64,000 nt of DNA from Deltaproteobacteria bacterium (lineage in GTDB: Bacteria > Myxococcota > Myxococcia > Myxococcales > 40CM-4-68-19). Numbering within the stretch: the stretch's first letter is position 1; each line of letters starts with the position of its first letter. Shown in pieces: positions 18,643 to 27,078 of this stretch. The translations under genes and the position numbers were made by a program. The notes beneath the pieces are model-generated. The model was not told the DNA's origin, made no database searches, and saw nothing but the letters and a program-made list of their open reading frames with translations. The stretch is taken from positions 93,520 through 157,519 of the forward strand of contig VBKL01000053.1 of NCBI GenBank assembly GCA_005879805.1, read 5' to 3'.

Positions 18643-19286
18643 GAACCTCTCCTTGGAAGGTGTGACGAAGGCAACACGGCGGGTGTTCCCGGTTCCGCGG
18701 GAGGGACCGAGCGCTCGCCTTCCTCTGCTTCGCCGAGGAGCCGGCGGAGATGGGAGCGGCCGCGGGAGAGGCGCGACTTGACCGTTCCCACAGGGACGTT
18801 CTCGATGGCGGCCACCTCGTCGTAGGTCCGGCCTTCGATGTCGAAGAGCACGAGCGCAGTGCGAAACTCCGACGGCACCTGGCGCAGCGCCCGCCACAGA
18901 CGCTCGCGCTCCTCTTCGCGATCGAGCCTCTCGTCCGCGGGCGCGCCGCCGGCGAGGTCGCGCGTGTGACCGGGCTGCAGCGATTCCTCGCGCGAGCGCT
19001 CGCGCCCCGCCCGGCTCTTGGTCGCATCGAGGAACACGTTGCGCACCACCGCATACAGCCAGGTCGAGAAGGCGGACTGGTACCGGAACAGACGCAGGCT
19101 CTTGTACACCTTGAGCAGCGCCTCCTGCGCGAGGTCGTCGGCGTCGGAATCGGAGGCCGCGAAGCCGCGCGCGAACCGCCTCACCCGCGGCAGGTGCTCG
19201 GCGAGCAGCGTCTCGAAGGCGCGGACGTCGCCGTCCTGCGCTTTCTCGATGAGCAGGTCGATGTCGTCGCCGCTCGCCACGCGCAC
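18639..19286 (-). CDS. ECF-type RNA polymerase sigma factor
   Basis: DADDLAQEALLKVYKSLRLFRYQSAFSTWLYAVVRNVFLD is region 2. FRTALVLFDIEGRTYDEVAAIENVPVGTVKSRLSRGRSHL is region 4. I chose GTG 19286, which sits 7 nt after GGAG. Confidence 0.88.
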   Translation of the reverse strand: MRVASGDDIDLLIEKAQDGDVRAFETLLAEHLPRVRRFARGFAASDSDADDLAQEALLKVYKSLRLFRYQSAFSTWLYAVVRNVFLDATKSRAGRERSREESLQPGHTRDLAGGAPADERLDREEERERLWRALRQVPSEFRTALVLFDIEGRTYDEVAAIENVPVGTVKSRLSRGRSHLRRLLGEAEEGERSVPPAEPGTPAVLPSSHLPRRGS

Positions 19287-19348
19287 AACGTTACTCCAGC
19301 GAAGGCGCCCCCAGGAACTTGATTGCGCGGGCCTCCGTCCCATCGGGC

Positions 19349-20197
19349 ATGACGAACGACTCCCCGAAGACGACCCGCAGATCGGTCGTCGCCACGGCTT
19401 CTGCACTGGCCGTGACGACGATCACGATGGTATTCGCCTGTAGCCAGTCGAGCGATGTCCTCTCGTCCTCGACCACCGCCTCGGCACTGTCGAGCGCGAT
19501 TGTCGCCGAGACCTCCGCATCCGGCACCCTCATCTGCGCCCCCGCGCAAGTCCAGATCGATGCCTGCAGCGGCAAGGCCGTCAGCGATTCCTGCTCGCTC
19601 AGCGCCACGGACGGCGGTACCACCGTCACCGGAACCTGCCGCGCCACCGTCGACGGCAAGACCGTCGCTTGCGCTCCCAATCCCCCGTCGCCGCCCCAGG
19701 CGCTCGTCGATGCTTGCGCCGGCAAGGCGAAGGGCGATTCGTGCACGGGCACCGAGCGCGACGGGGACACGTTGACCGGAGCGTGCGGCACCCGGACCGG
19801 AAGCGACACGCTGGTGTGCTTGCGCGTGCACAATCCCCCGCAGGTGGCCATCGATGCTTGCACGGGTCTCGCGGCCGACGACGCCTGCACGCTGCCCGGC
19901 CATGACGACGGCGGAACCATCGCCGGCACCTGCAGCAACGGCCCGACCGGAACGGCCACCCTCGCCTGCTCTCCGACGCGCGTGAGGGCTGATGCGACCG
20001 CTGCTTGCGCCGGTCTCGCCGACGGAGCGGCGTGCACCTTGACCTCGCATCGGGACAGCGTCAGCGGCACCTGCACGACTCCTTCCGCGGGCGGGTCTGC
20101 AGTCTGCGTCGTTGCCTGCGTCGACCTGCGCGGATCGTTCGACTGCGCCCGCGGCCATGACGACGGCGACGGGGACCATCGCGGAGGCCACCGCTGA
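19349..20197 (+). CDS. Tat/lipobox-signal Cys-rich repeat lipoprotein (4 tandem ~45-aa repeats)
   Basis: The signal is MTNDSPKTTRRSVVATASALAVTTITMVFAC. It is followed by four repeats of the form IDAC-x-G-x5-6-C-x12-14-G-x-C-x10-12-C (4 Cys each). The tail is His/Asp/Gly-rich (GHDDGDGDHRGGHR). Confidence 0.7.
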   Translation: MTNDSPKTTRRSVVATASALAVTTITMVFACSQSSDVLSSSTTASALSSAIVAETSASGTLICAPAQVQIDACSGKAVSDSCSLSATDGGTTVTGTCRATVDGKTVACAPNPPSPPQALVDACAGKAKGDSCTGTERDGDTLTGACGTRTGSDTLVCLRVHNPPQVAIDACTGLAADDACTLPGHDDGGTIAGTCSNGPTGTATLACSPTRVRADATAACAGLADGAACTLTSHRDSVSGTCTTPSAGGSAVCVVACVDLRGSFDCARGHDDGDGDHRGGHR

Positions 20198-20234
20198 TCG
20201 GATTTGGACCTCGAGACTCCTCCCTCGATGTCCA

Positions 20235-20280
20235 GAGGGCGGCGCCGGACCCGAGACCGGCGTCGCCCTCGATTCTTTTG
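20235..20280 (+). terminator. Rho-independent terminator after the Cys-rich lipoprotein gene
   Basis: The stem GAGGGCGGCGCCGG / CCGGCGTCGCCCTC is 14 bp with one G-U pair. The loop is ACCCGAGA, followed by GATTCTTTTG. Confidence 0.7.
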
Positions 20281-20304
20281 TAGGCTCCTTTGAAGGAGGC
20301 GACG

Positions 20305-20815
20305 ATGAACACGAGGCGCGAGGTGCTGAAGGCGCTCTCCGCGCTCGGGATTCGGCGCCTCGACCTGCGCGCCACTCCCCGGAGCGCTGGTGGACATCTG
20401 GCACTGCGATGCCGTGGGCATTTATTCGGACGTGCAGGGAGCGACGGGAGAGAACTTCCTGCGCGGCTACCAGACCACGGACGCGAGCGGCGTCGCGTCG
20501 TTCACGACGATCTATCCGGGCTGGTACACGGGGCGGGCGGTGCACATCCACGTGAAGGTGCGCCTGTTTGATTCGGCGAACAATGTGACGACCGAGGCGA
20601 CGACGCAGATTTTCTTCGACGATGCGGTGAGCGACGCGGTTTTCCGGAGCGCGGCGCCGTATTCGTCGCGACCGGCGCGGGACACACGGAACGGGGCGGA
20701 TGGGACTTACGGTAACCGGACGGTGCTCCTGGCTAGCCTGCAGGTGGATGCGGTGGCAGGGTACTCGGGGACGTTTCCTCTAGCGGTGCGGGTGGGGCAG
20801 GTGAACGCGGGCTGA
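20305..20815 (+). pseudogene. secreted intradiol ring-cleavage dioxygenase, disrupted by an internal deletion plus frameshift
   Basis: AAGGAGG and ATG 20305 give the Tat signal MNTRREVLKALSALGI. At about 20350-20366 the frame changes to ...STCAPLPGALVDIWHCDAVGIYS...GRAVHIHVKV (ORF 20390..20815). The region between the signal and the C-x-P-L-x-G-A-x-VDIWHCDA motif is absent. Confidence 0.75.
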
Positions 20816-20865
20816 GCCCACCCTTGCTTGTCCCGGGACAAGCGATCGGCGACGGCTCCGCTAGA

Positions 20866-21912
20866 TCAGGAGACTACCAGCGCGGCGCGCCCCACCACCG
20901 CGTTGTCGCGTAGCAGTTGGTGCGCCGTCTCCGCTTCCTCGAGAGGAAACGTGCGCGTCACCACGGCGCGCAGCCGCTTCGTGCGCAGGAGCTCGAGCGT
21001 CGTTTCCAGCTCCGCCAGCGACACGTACCGCGAGCCATGGATCTCGAGCATCTTGCGGAGCATGAGGCCCGGGTCGACGCGGAAGGTCGGGTCCTTCTTG
21101 AAGACGGCCTGCGGGCGGTTGCCGACGATGACGAGGCGGCCGCCCGGGGCGAGAGAGCGGATGCAGGCCTCGAGCGTCTCGGCGGAGGCGACGAAGTCGA
21201 GGGCAGCGTCCACGCCCTGACCCGAGGTTTGCGCGAGCGCCTGCTGCGCGATGTCGCCGCGGCGTCCGTCGATGACCGCGTCGCCCCCCACGGCCTTCAC
21301 CATCTCGAGCTTGTCGTCGGCGACGTCCGCGCCCAGGACCGATCCGCCGCACAGCTTGGCGACCTGCACCGCATGGATTCCCACGCCGCCGCCGGCGCCG
21401 ACGATGAGCACGCGGTCTCCGGGGCCGATGCGGGCTTCCTCGCGGCAGGCGTGCACGGGCGTCGCCAGCGCGTCGGTGGCGACCGCGGCTTCGAGATCGG
21501 ACACGCCCTCGGGGATTTTGCAGAGGTTGAGCGCGGGCACCGAGACGAATTCCGCGTACCCGCCGTCGGCCGCCATTCCGAGATAGCCGCCGAAGTTGCG
21601 GCAGAGCGTCTCCCGCCCGCTGCGGCAGTACGAGCAGGCGTGGCACGTCAGGTAGAAGTGGCACGCGACCCGATCGCCCGGCTTCACGTTGCGTACGAGC
21701 GGGCCGACCTCGACCACCTCGCCGGCGATCTCGTGACCCGGAATGCGCGGGAACGAGGTCACGAGGCCAGGATTGGCGGTCATGATGACGACGGTCAGAC
21801 CCACGCCGGTCGCGCGCACCCGAACGACAGCCCCGTCCGGCGCGACGGCGGGAACGGGAACCGACTCCAGCCGCACGGCGCCGCCCGATTCCCGCAGCAC
21901 CATGGCGCGCAT
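20866..21912 (-). CDS. zinc-dependent alcohol dehydrogenase (MDR family; butanediol/threonine dehydrogenase-like)
   Basis: 348 aa. GHEIAGEV is present, the structural zinc site is CHACSYCRSGRETLC, and the Rossmann motif is IVGAGGGVG. Confidence 0.9.
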   Translation of the reverse strand: MRAMVLRESGGAVRLESVPVPAVAPDGAVVRVRATGVGLTVVIMTANPGLVTSFPRIPGHEIAGEVVEVGPLVRNVKPGDRVACHFYLTCHACSYCRSGRETLCRNFGGYLGMAADGGYAEFVSVPALNLCKIPEGVSDLEAAVATDALATPVHACREEARIGPGDRVLIVGAGGGVGIHAVQVAKLCGGSVLGADVADDKLEMVKAVGGDAVIDGRRGDIAQQALAQTSGQGVDAALDFVASAETLEACIRSLAPGGRLVIVGNRPQAVFKKDPTFRVDPGLMLRKMLEIHGSRYVSLAELETTLELLRTKRLRAVVTRTFPLEEAETAHQLLRDNAVVGRAALVVS

Positions 21913-21917
21913 GGTGT

Positions 21918-22862
21918 TCACGCGCTCTTCGTCTCGAGGCCGTCGCTCACGGCGATGTTTTCCGGCTTCAGCCGCAGCTGCGCTGACTTGGCTTCCAGCT
22001 CGAGGAGGGCAGCGAAGTCGCAGTCGACGTAGCCATTGCCGATGAGAGTCTGCACCACCTCGCGGGTGGCGGCGGCGACCGGCATCGGCACTTCGCGCTT
22101 GCGCGCCTCGGCGAGCCCGAGGTCGAGATCCTTGCGCAGCAGCAACGGAGTGAAGGTGGGCGCGAAGTCGAGGTTCACGAAGGCCGGCGTCTTGTAGCGG
22201 GTGAAGGTCGAGCCCATCACGCTCTTGTTGATGAAGTCGAGGAAGGCGTGGCGCGGGACGCCCGCCTTCTCCGCCAGCACGGTGATCTCCGCCAGCGACT
22301 GCGCGACGATGCCGAGGAAGACGTTGTGGCAGATCTTCACGGTGCGAGCGAGCTCGCCTTCGCCGACGTAGCTCACCCCTTCGCCGAGCCTTTCCAGATA
22401 CGGCAGCGCTTCTTCGTACGCTTCCTTCGAGCCGGAGACGACCACGCTGAGGCGTCCGGCCTTCACCACCTTGCCGTTGCCGCTCACCGGCGAGGCGAGG
22501 AACTGCGTGCCGGCGGCGGCCGCCGCGGCGCGCACCTTGGCGGAGGCTTCCTGGGACACGGTGGAGCAGTCCACCAGGATGCGCGGGCGGCGGCCGGGGC
22601 TCGCGAGGACCCCTTTGTCCCCCATCGTCACCGCAATGAGGTCCTCGGGCCCGGAAACCATGGTGAAGACGATGTCCCGGTCGGCCAGATCGGCCGGCGA
22701 GCCGACGATGACGGCGCCGTACGCGGTGAGCCCTTCCGCCTTCGAGCGGGTGCGGTTGTAGACGGCGACGTCGCAACCCTTCTCGAGGAGGCGTTTGGCC
22801 ATCGGGAAGCCCATCCGGCCCGTCCCGATCCACCCGAGCTTGTGGCCTTTCGATCCGCTCAT
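21918..22862 (-). CDS. NAD(P)-dependent 3-hydroxyisobutyrate dehydrogenase-family oxidoreductase
   Basis: LGWIGTGRMGFPMAKRL is the dinucleotide fold, and ASPVSGN...GRLSVVVSG is the family core. Confidence 0.88.
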   Translation of the reverse strand: MSGSKGHKLGWIGTGRMGFPMAKRLLEKGCDVAVYNRTRSKAEGLTAYGAVIVGSPADLADRDIVFTMVSGPEDLIAVTMGDKGVLASPGRRPRILVDCSTVSQEASAKVRAAAAAAGTQFLASPVSGNGKVVKAGRLSVVVSGSKEAYEEALPYLERLGEGVSYVGEGELARTVKICHNVFLGIVAQSLAEITVLAEKAGVPRHAFLDFINKSVMGSTFTRYKTPAFVNLDFAPTFTPLLLRKDLDLGLAEARKREVPMPVAAATREVVQTLIGNGYVDCDFAALLELEAKSAQLRLKPENIAVSDGLETKSA

Positions 22863-22969
22863 CGGCGCTCCGTTCGTGCAATCGATTGCAGGGCCCGGAG
22901 CTTAGGCGATGGATGGTTGGTGTCGCAAGGAAGAGTGCGGTGCCAATCGCCGGACGGTATATCTGCGGC

Positions 22970-24013
22970 ATGTTCCGGCCCCGCGTGACCCTTCGCGACG
23001 TCGCCCGGCGGGCACGCGTGCACACCTCGACGGCCTCCAGGGTCCTCAATCCCGCCACCCGGGAGCTGATTACCGAGCCCATCGCGCGCCGGGTCACGAC
23101 GGCGGCGGAGCAGCTCGGATACCAGCCGAATCCAAACGCTTACAGCTTGAAGACCAACCGCACGCGGACCGTCGGGGTGATCATCCCCGACATCGCGAAC
23201 CCCGTCTTCCCTCCCATCCTCCGTGGAATCGAGGACGCTTTCGCCGAGTCGGGGTACACGGCGGTCCTTGCAAATACCGACAACGACGGTGACCGCGAGG
23301 GAACCATCTTCCAGGAGATGCTCGCGCGGCGGGTGGACGGGCTGATCCTCGCCACCGCGCGACGGCGCGATCCGCTGGTCGATCGCTGCCTCCTGGAGAA
23401 GATCCCGGTCGTCCTCATCAACCGCACCGTGGATCGCGGCGACGTTTCCTTCGTGGTCAACGACGACACCTTTGGCATCGGCCTCGCCGTCGCGCACCTC
23501 GCGGCGATGGGTCACGTCCGCATCGCCCACCTCTCGGGTCCGCTCACGCTCTCGACCGGCTTCTCCCGTCACCGCGGCTTCGTCCGCGCCATGAAGAAAG
23601 GCGGCCTGCGCGCCGAACCCAAGCGCATCGGCGTGTGCGGCGGTTTCACCGAGAGCGAAGGCAGGCGTGCGTTCCTCGAGTTGCGAGAGCGCGACCGCAC
23701 CTTCACCGCAGTCGTCGCGGCGAACGACATGATCGCCCTCGGCTGCTACGACGCCGCTCGGGAGATCGGCCTGCGCATCCCCGGGGATTTCTCGGTGACC
23801 GGATTCAACGACATGCCCTTCCTGGACAAGCTGCAACCTTCGCTCACCACGGTGCGGATCCCGCATTACCAGATGGGAGCGCAGGCGGCGCGGACGCTGC
23901 TCGCGAGGCTCAATGGGGGGCTCGCGGCAGTGGAGCACGTGACGCTCTTGCCCGAGCTCGTCGCGCGCGATTCGACCGCGGCACCCTCGAGGAGGACGAG
24001 ACGCGGGCGCTGA
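22970..24013 (+). CDS. LacI-family transcriptional regulator
   Basis: The N-terminal HTH is VTLRDVARRARVHTSTASRVLN. The periplasmic-binding-fold core is VGVIIPDIANPVF...VVAANDMIALG. Confidence 0.9.
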   Translation: MFRPRVTLRDVARRARVHTSTASRVLNPATRELITEPIARRVTTAAEQLGYQPNPNAYSLKTNRTRTVGVIIPDIANPVFPPILRGIEDAFAESGYTAVLANTDNDGDREGTIFQEMLARRVDGLILATARRRDPLVDRCLLEKIPVVLINRTVDRGDVSFVVNDDTFGIGLAVAHLAAMGHVRIAHLSGPLTLSTGFSRHRGFVRAMKKGGLRAEPKRIGVCGGFTESEGRRAFLELRERDRTFTAVVAANDMIALGCYDAAREIGLRIPGDFSVTGFNDMPFLDKLQPSLTTVRIPHYQMGAQAARTLLARLNGGLAAVEHVTLLPELVARDSTAAPSRRTRRGR

Positions 24014-24014
24014 C

Positions 24015-25112
24015 TCAGAGATCGCGCGCCCAGTCCCTGCCCTCGAGGATCTCCTTCACCCGCCGCAGGAACGAGGCCGAGTACGCGCCGTCGAAAGCGC
24101 GGTGATCGAACGACTGCGCGAGAACGCCGATGGGCCGCACCGCGAGGGCATCGCCCACCACGGCCGGCCGCTTCGTCACGGCGTCGAGGGAAAGGATGGC
24201 AACCTGGGGCGGGTCGATGATCGGCACGGTGAGCAGTGTGCCGAACTTCCCCGAATTGGAGATGGTGTAGGTCGCGCCGGATACTTCGTCCGCGGAGAGG
24301 CGTTTGTCGCGGGCCTTCTCCGCAAGCCCACGCATCCGCCGCGCCAGATCGGCGACGCCGAGGTTTCCCGCGTCCTTCACGACCGGGACGAGGAGGCCCT
24401 CGGTGCCCAGGTCGACGGCGACGCCCAGGTGGACCGCCCCGTGCAGGACCAGCCCATCTCCCTCCACGCTCGCATTGACGTTGGGGAACTCGCGGATGGC
24501 GGCGCAGACGGCATGCGCGACGAACGGCAGCAGGGTCAGGTTGAAGCCTTCCTTCGCCTTCCAGGCCTCCGCGGCGGCGAGCCGGACCTCCTCGACGGGC
24601 AGGAAATCCACCTCCACCGCCTGGAGCACGTGAGGAATGGTCCGCCAGGACAGCGCCATCCGCTCGGCGGTCACCTTCCGGATCCGGCTGAAGGGCACGA
24701 CCTTGCGTTGCGGCGCCCCGCGCTGCGCCAAGTGCGCGAGGACGTCGTCGCGCGTGATGCGGCCGCCAGCGCCGGTCCCCTGGATCGCCGCGGCGTCGAG
24801 TCCGTGCTCGGCGAGGAGCTTGCGCACCACCGGAGAGAGGCGTGTCTCCTGCACTCCTGGCTCGCGCGTAGCTTGAGACCCCGGCTCGGAGATCACGGCC
24901 AGCTTCTCACCGACCCGCACCGTCGCGCCTTCTGCGACGAGGATCGCGCTCACCACACCCGTCGCGGGCGACGGCACGTCCATGTCCACCTTGTCGGTAT
25001 TGACCTCGAAGAGCGGCTCATCCTTCTCGACACGCTCGCCGACCTTCTTCCGCCAGGCGATGACGGTGCCTTCCTTCACCGTCTCGCCGAGCTGGGGCAT
25101 GACGACGTCCAT
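24015..25112 (-). CDS. 2-oxoacid dehydrogenase complex E2 (dihydrolipoamide acyltransferase; AcoC-like)
   Basis: It has a lipoyl domain (EVNTDKVDMDV), an E3/E1-binding domain (SPVVRKLLAEHGLD) and the catalytic motif DHRAFDG. Confidence 0.9.
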   Translation of the reverse strand: MDVVMPQLGETVKEGTVIAWRKKVGERVEKDEPLFEVNTDKVDMDVPSPATGVVSAILVAEGATVRVGEKLAVISEPGSQATREPGVQETRLSPVVRKLLAEHGLDAAAIQGTGAGGRITRDDVLAHLAQRGAPQRKVVPFSRIRKVTAERMALSWRTIPHVLQAVEVDFLPVEEVRLAAAEAWKAKEGFNLTLLPFVAHAVCAAIREFPNVNASVEGDGLVLHGAVHLGVAVDLGTEGLLVPVVKDAGNLGVADLARRMRGLAEKARDKRLSADEVSGATYTISNSGKFGTLLTVPIIDPPQVAILSLDAVTKRPAVVGDALAVRPIGVLAQSFDHRAFDGAYSASFLRRVKEILEGRDWARDL

Positions 25113-26089
25113 CAGCCCGCATTCCTACGAACGGTCTCGACGATCCGATCCACGGTGGGCACCGCGTTGTCTTCGAGCAGATCGGCGGCGGGCAGCGGTA
25201 CGTGAGGCGTGGTGATGCGCACGATGGGCCCGTCGAGATCGTAGAAGCACTCCTCCGCGACGAGCGAGGCGATCTCCGCTCCCCAACCGCACAGCCGCGG
25301 ATTCTCCTCGACCGTGTAGAGGCGACCCGTCTTCCGCACCTCTTCGAAGATGGTCTTCGTGTCGAGCGGCACGAGAGATCGGACGTCGACCACCGTGGCC
25401 GAGATTCCGTCCTCCGCGGCCAGCCGCTCGGCGGCTTGCAGCGACTTCGGAACCATCGCCGCGAGAGCCACGATGGTGACGTCCTCTCCCTGGCGCACGA
25501 CTTTCGCGGTGCCGAGGCGATCGACGATTTCGCCGTCGGGCACCTCGCCTTTCGTCGAGTAGAGCCCTTTGTGCTCGAAGAAGATCACGGGATCGGGATC
25601 CCGCACCGCGGCCGCGAGCAACCCTTTCACGTCCAGAGGCGTCGAGGGCGCGACGACCTTCAGGCCGGGAATCGCCATCGCCCAGTTCTCCACGCTCTGC
25701 GAATGCTGGGCGCCGAAGCGCGACCCGTAGCCGTTCGCCGTGCGGATGACGAGCGGCAGCGCGATCTGTCCCGCGGTCATGTAGCGGGTCTTGGCGATCT
25801 CGTTGGCGATCATGTCCCAGCAGACCGCGAAGAAATCGGAGAACATGATCTCCGCGATCGGTCGCAGCCCGGTCATCGCCGCTCCCATCGCCGCCCCGAT
25901 GATCGCCTGCTCGGAAATGGGCGTGTCTCGCACGCGCCTGGGCCCGAACCGCTCGAGGAGCCCGAGGGTGGTCTTGAAGACTCCGCCCGCAGCGCCGATG
26001 TCCTCGCCGAGGAAGACCACGCTCTCGTCGCGCGCCATCTCCTGCGCAATGCCGGCGGCGACGGCGTCCCGGTAGGTCAGTTCCGCCAC
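25112..26089 (-). CDS. 2-oxoacid dehydrogenase E1 beta subunit (AcoB-like)
   Basis: The GTG start lies 6 nt after GGAGG. AELTYRDAVAAGIAQEMARDESVVFLGEDIG is typical of transketolase-like E1 beta. 325 aa. Confidence 0.9.
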   Translation of the reverse strand: MAELTYRDAVAAGIAQEMARDESVVFLGEDIGAAGGVFKTTLGLLERFGPRRVRDTPISEQAIIGAAMGAAMTGLRPIAEIMFSDFFAVCWDMIANEIAKTRYMTAGQIALPLVIRTANGYGSRFGAQHSQSVENWAMAIPGLKVVAPSTPLDVKGLLAAAVRDPDPVIFFEHKGLYSTKGEVPDGEIVDRLGTAKVVRQGEDVTIVALAAMVPKSLQAAERLAAEDGISATVVDVRSLVPLDTKTIFEEVRKTGRLYTVEENPRLCGWGAEIASLVAEECFYDLDGPIVRITTPHVPLPAADLLEDNAVPTVDRIVETVRRNAG

Positions 26090-27078
26090 GACGATCCTCC
26101 GTCGGCCCACACGTCCTTCTCGATGACCTCGACCCCCGAAGGCGGACAAGCCTTGGCGGCCTCGGTAGCCTCGTCCACCGCGCGCTCCACGGCGCGCTCG
26201 ATGTCGCGCAGGGCGTTCTCCTCGATTCCCATCCCGACCAACCGGACCCGGTAGAGCACGACGGGGTCCTTCTTCAACCAGTCGTCGAGCTCCCCCACCG
26301 GCCGGTACTTGCCGGGATCGGCGCGCGAGTGCCCGCTCGTCCGGTAGGTCAAAGCCTCGACCAGCGACGGACCGCCGCCGTCCCGCGCTTTGCCGATGCA
26401 TTCCCGCGCGGTGCGGTGAACGACGTCGGCGTCATTTCCGTCGATGAGGATCTTCTCGAGTCCGTACGCGCAGGCGCGGTCCGCGGCAGGATTCGCGACC
26501 GCCGTCACCTCACGGATCGGCGTGTACTCCATGTACTGGTTGTTCTCGCAGACGAAGATGACGGGGAGCTTCCAGACGGCGGCGAGGTTCAGCGCCTCGT
26601 GGAAGGCGCCGATGTTGGTCGTGCCGTCTCCGAAGAAGCAGACCGATACTTGATCCGTTCCGCGGACCTGCGCCGACCACGCCGCGCCGGCAGCCACCGG
26701 AAGATGAGCTCCGACGATGGCGTAGGAGCCCATCGCGCCGTGCTCGACGCTGGTGAGGTGCATCGAGCCGCCCTTTCCCCCCATGAGCCCGCATTTGCGA
26801 CCCATCAGCTCGCCGAGGACGCCGACCATCGGCGCGCCGCGGGCGAGCGTGTGGGCGTGGCCGCGATAGGTGCAGAAGGTGTAGTCGTCCTTCCGCATCG
26901 CCACCGCGAAGCCGGCGGCGACCGCTTCCTGGCCGAGCGAGAGATGGCTCGTGCCCTTCACGAGGTTCTGCAAGAAGAGATCATAGGCGCGCTTCTCCAG
27001 CACGCGGATCTCGACTAGCGACCGGTAGAGCGCGAGCCGCGTCGCTCGATCCATGTCGTCAGTAGGCGTTCGCGACAA
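26077..27078 (-). CDS. TPP-dependent 2-oxoacid dehydrogenase E1 alpha subunit (AcoA-like)
   Basis: The TPP motif is GDGTTNIGAFHEALNLAAVWKLPVIFVCENN. 333 aa. Confidence 0.9.
   Translation of the reverse strand: MSRTPTDDMDRATRLALYRSLVEIRVLEKRAYDLFLQNLVKGTSHLSLGQEAVAAGFAVAMRKDDYTFCTYRGHAHTLARGAPMVGVLGELMGRKCGLMGGKGGSMHLTSVEHGAMGSYAIVGAHLPVAAGAAWSAQVRGTDQVSVCFFGDGTTNIGAFHEALNLAAVWKLPVIFVCENNQYMEYTPIREVTAVANPAADRACAYGLEKILIDGNDADVVHRTARECIGKARDGGGPSLVEALTYRTSGHSRADPGKYRPVGELDDWLKKDPVVLYRVRLVGMGIEENALRDIERAVERAVDEATEAAKACPPSGVEVIEKDVWADGGSSWRN

Noticed and set aside
20866-23097. 743-aa ORF suggesting one giant gene
   Set aside because: Only the last 348 codons (ATG 21912) are the Zn-ADH. The upstream part is an open alternate frame across the separately encoded 3-hydroxyacid dehydrogenase (21918..22862).
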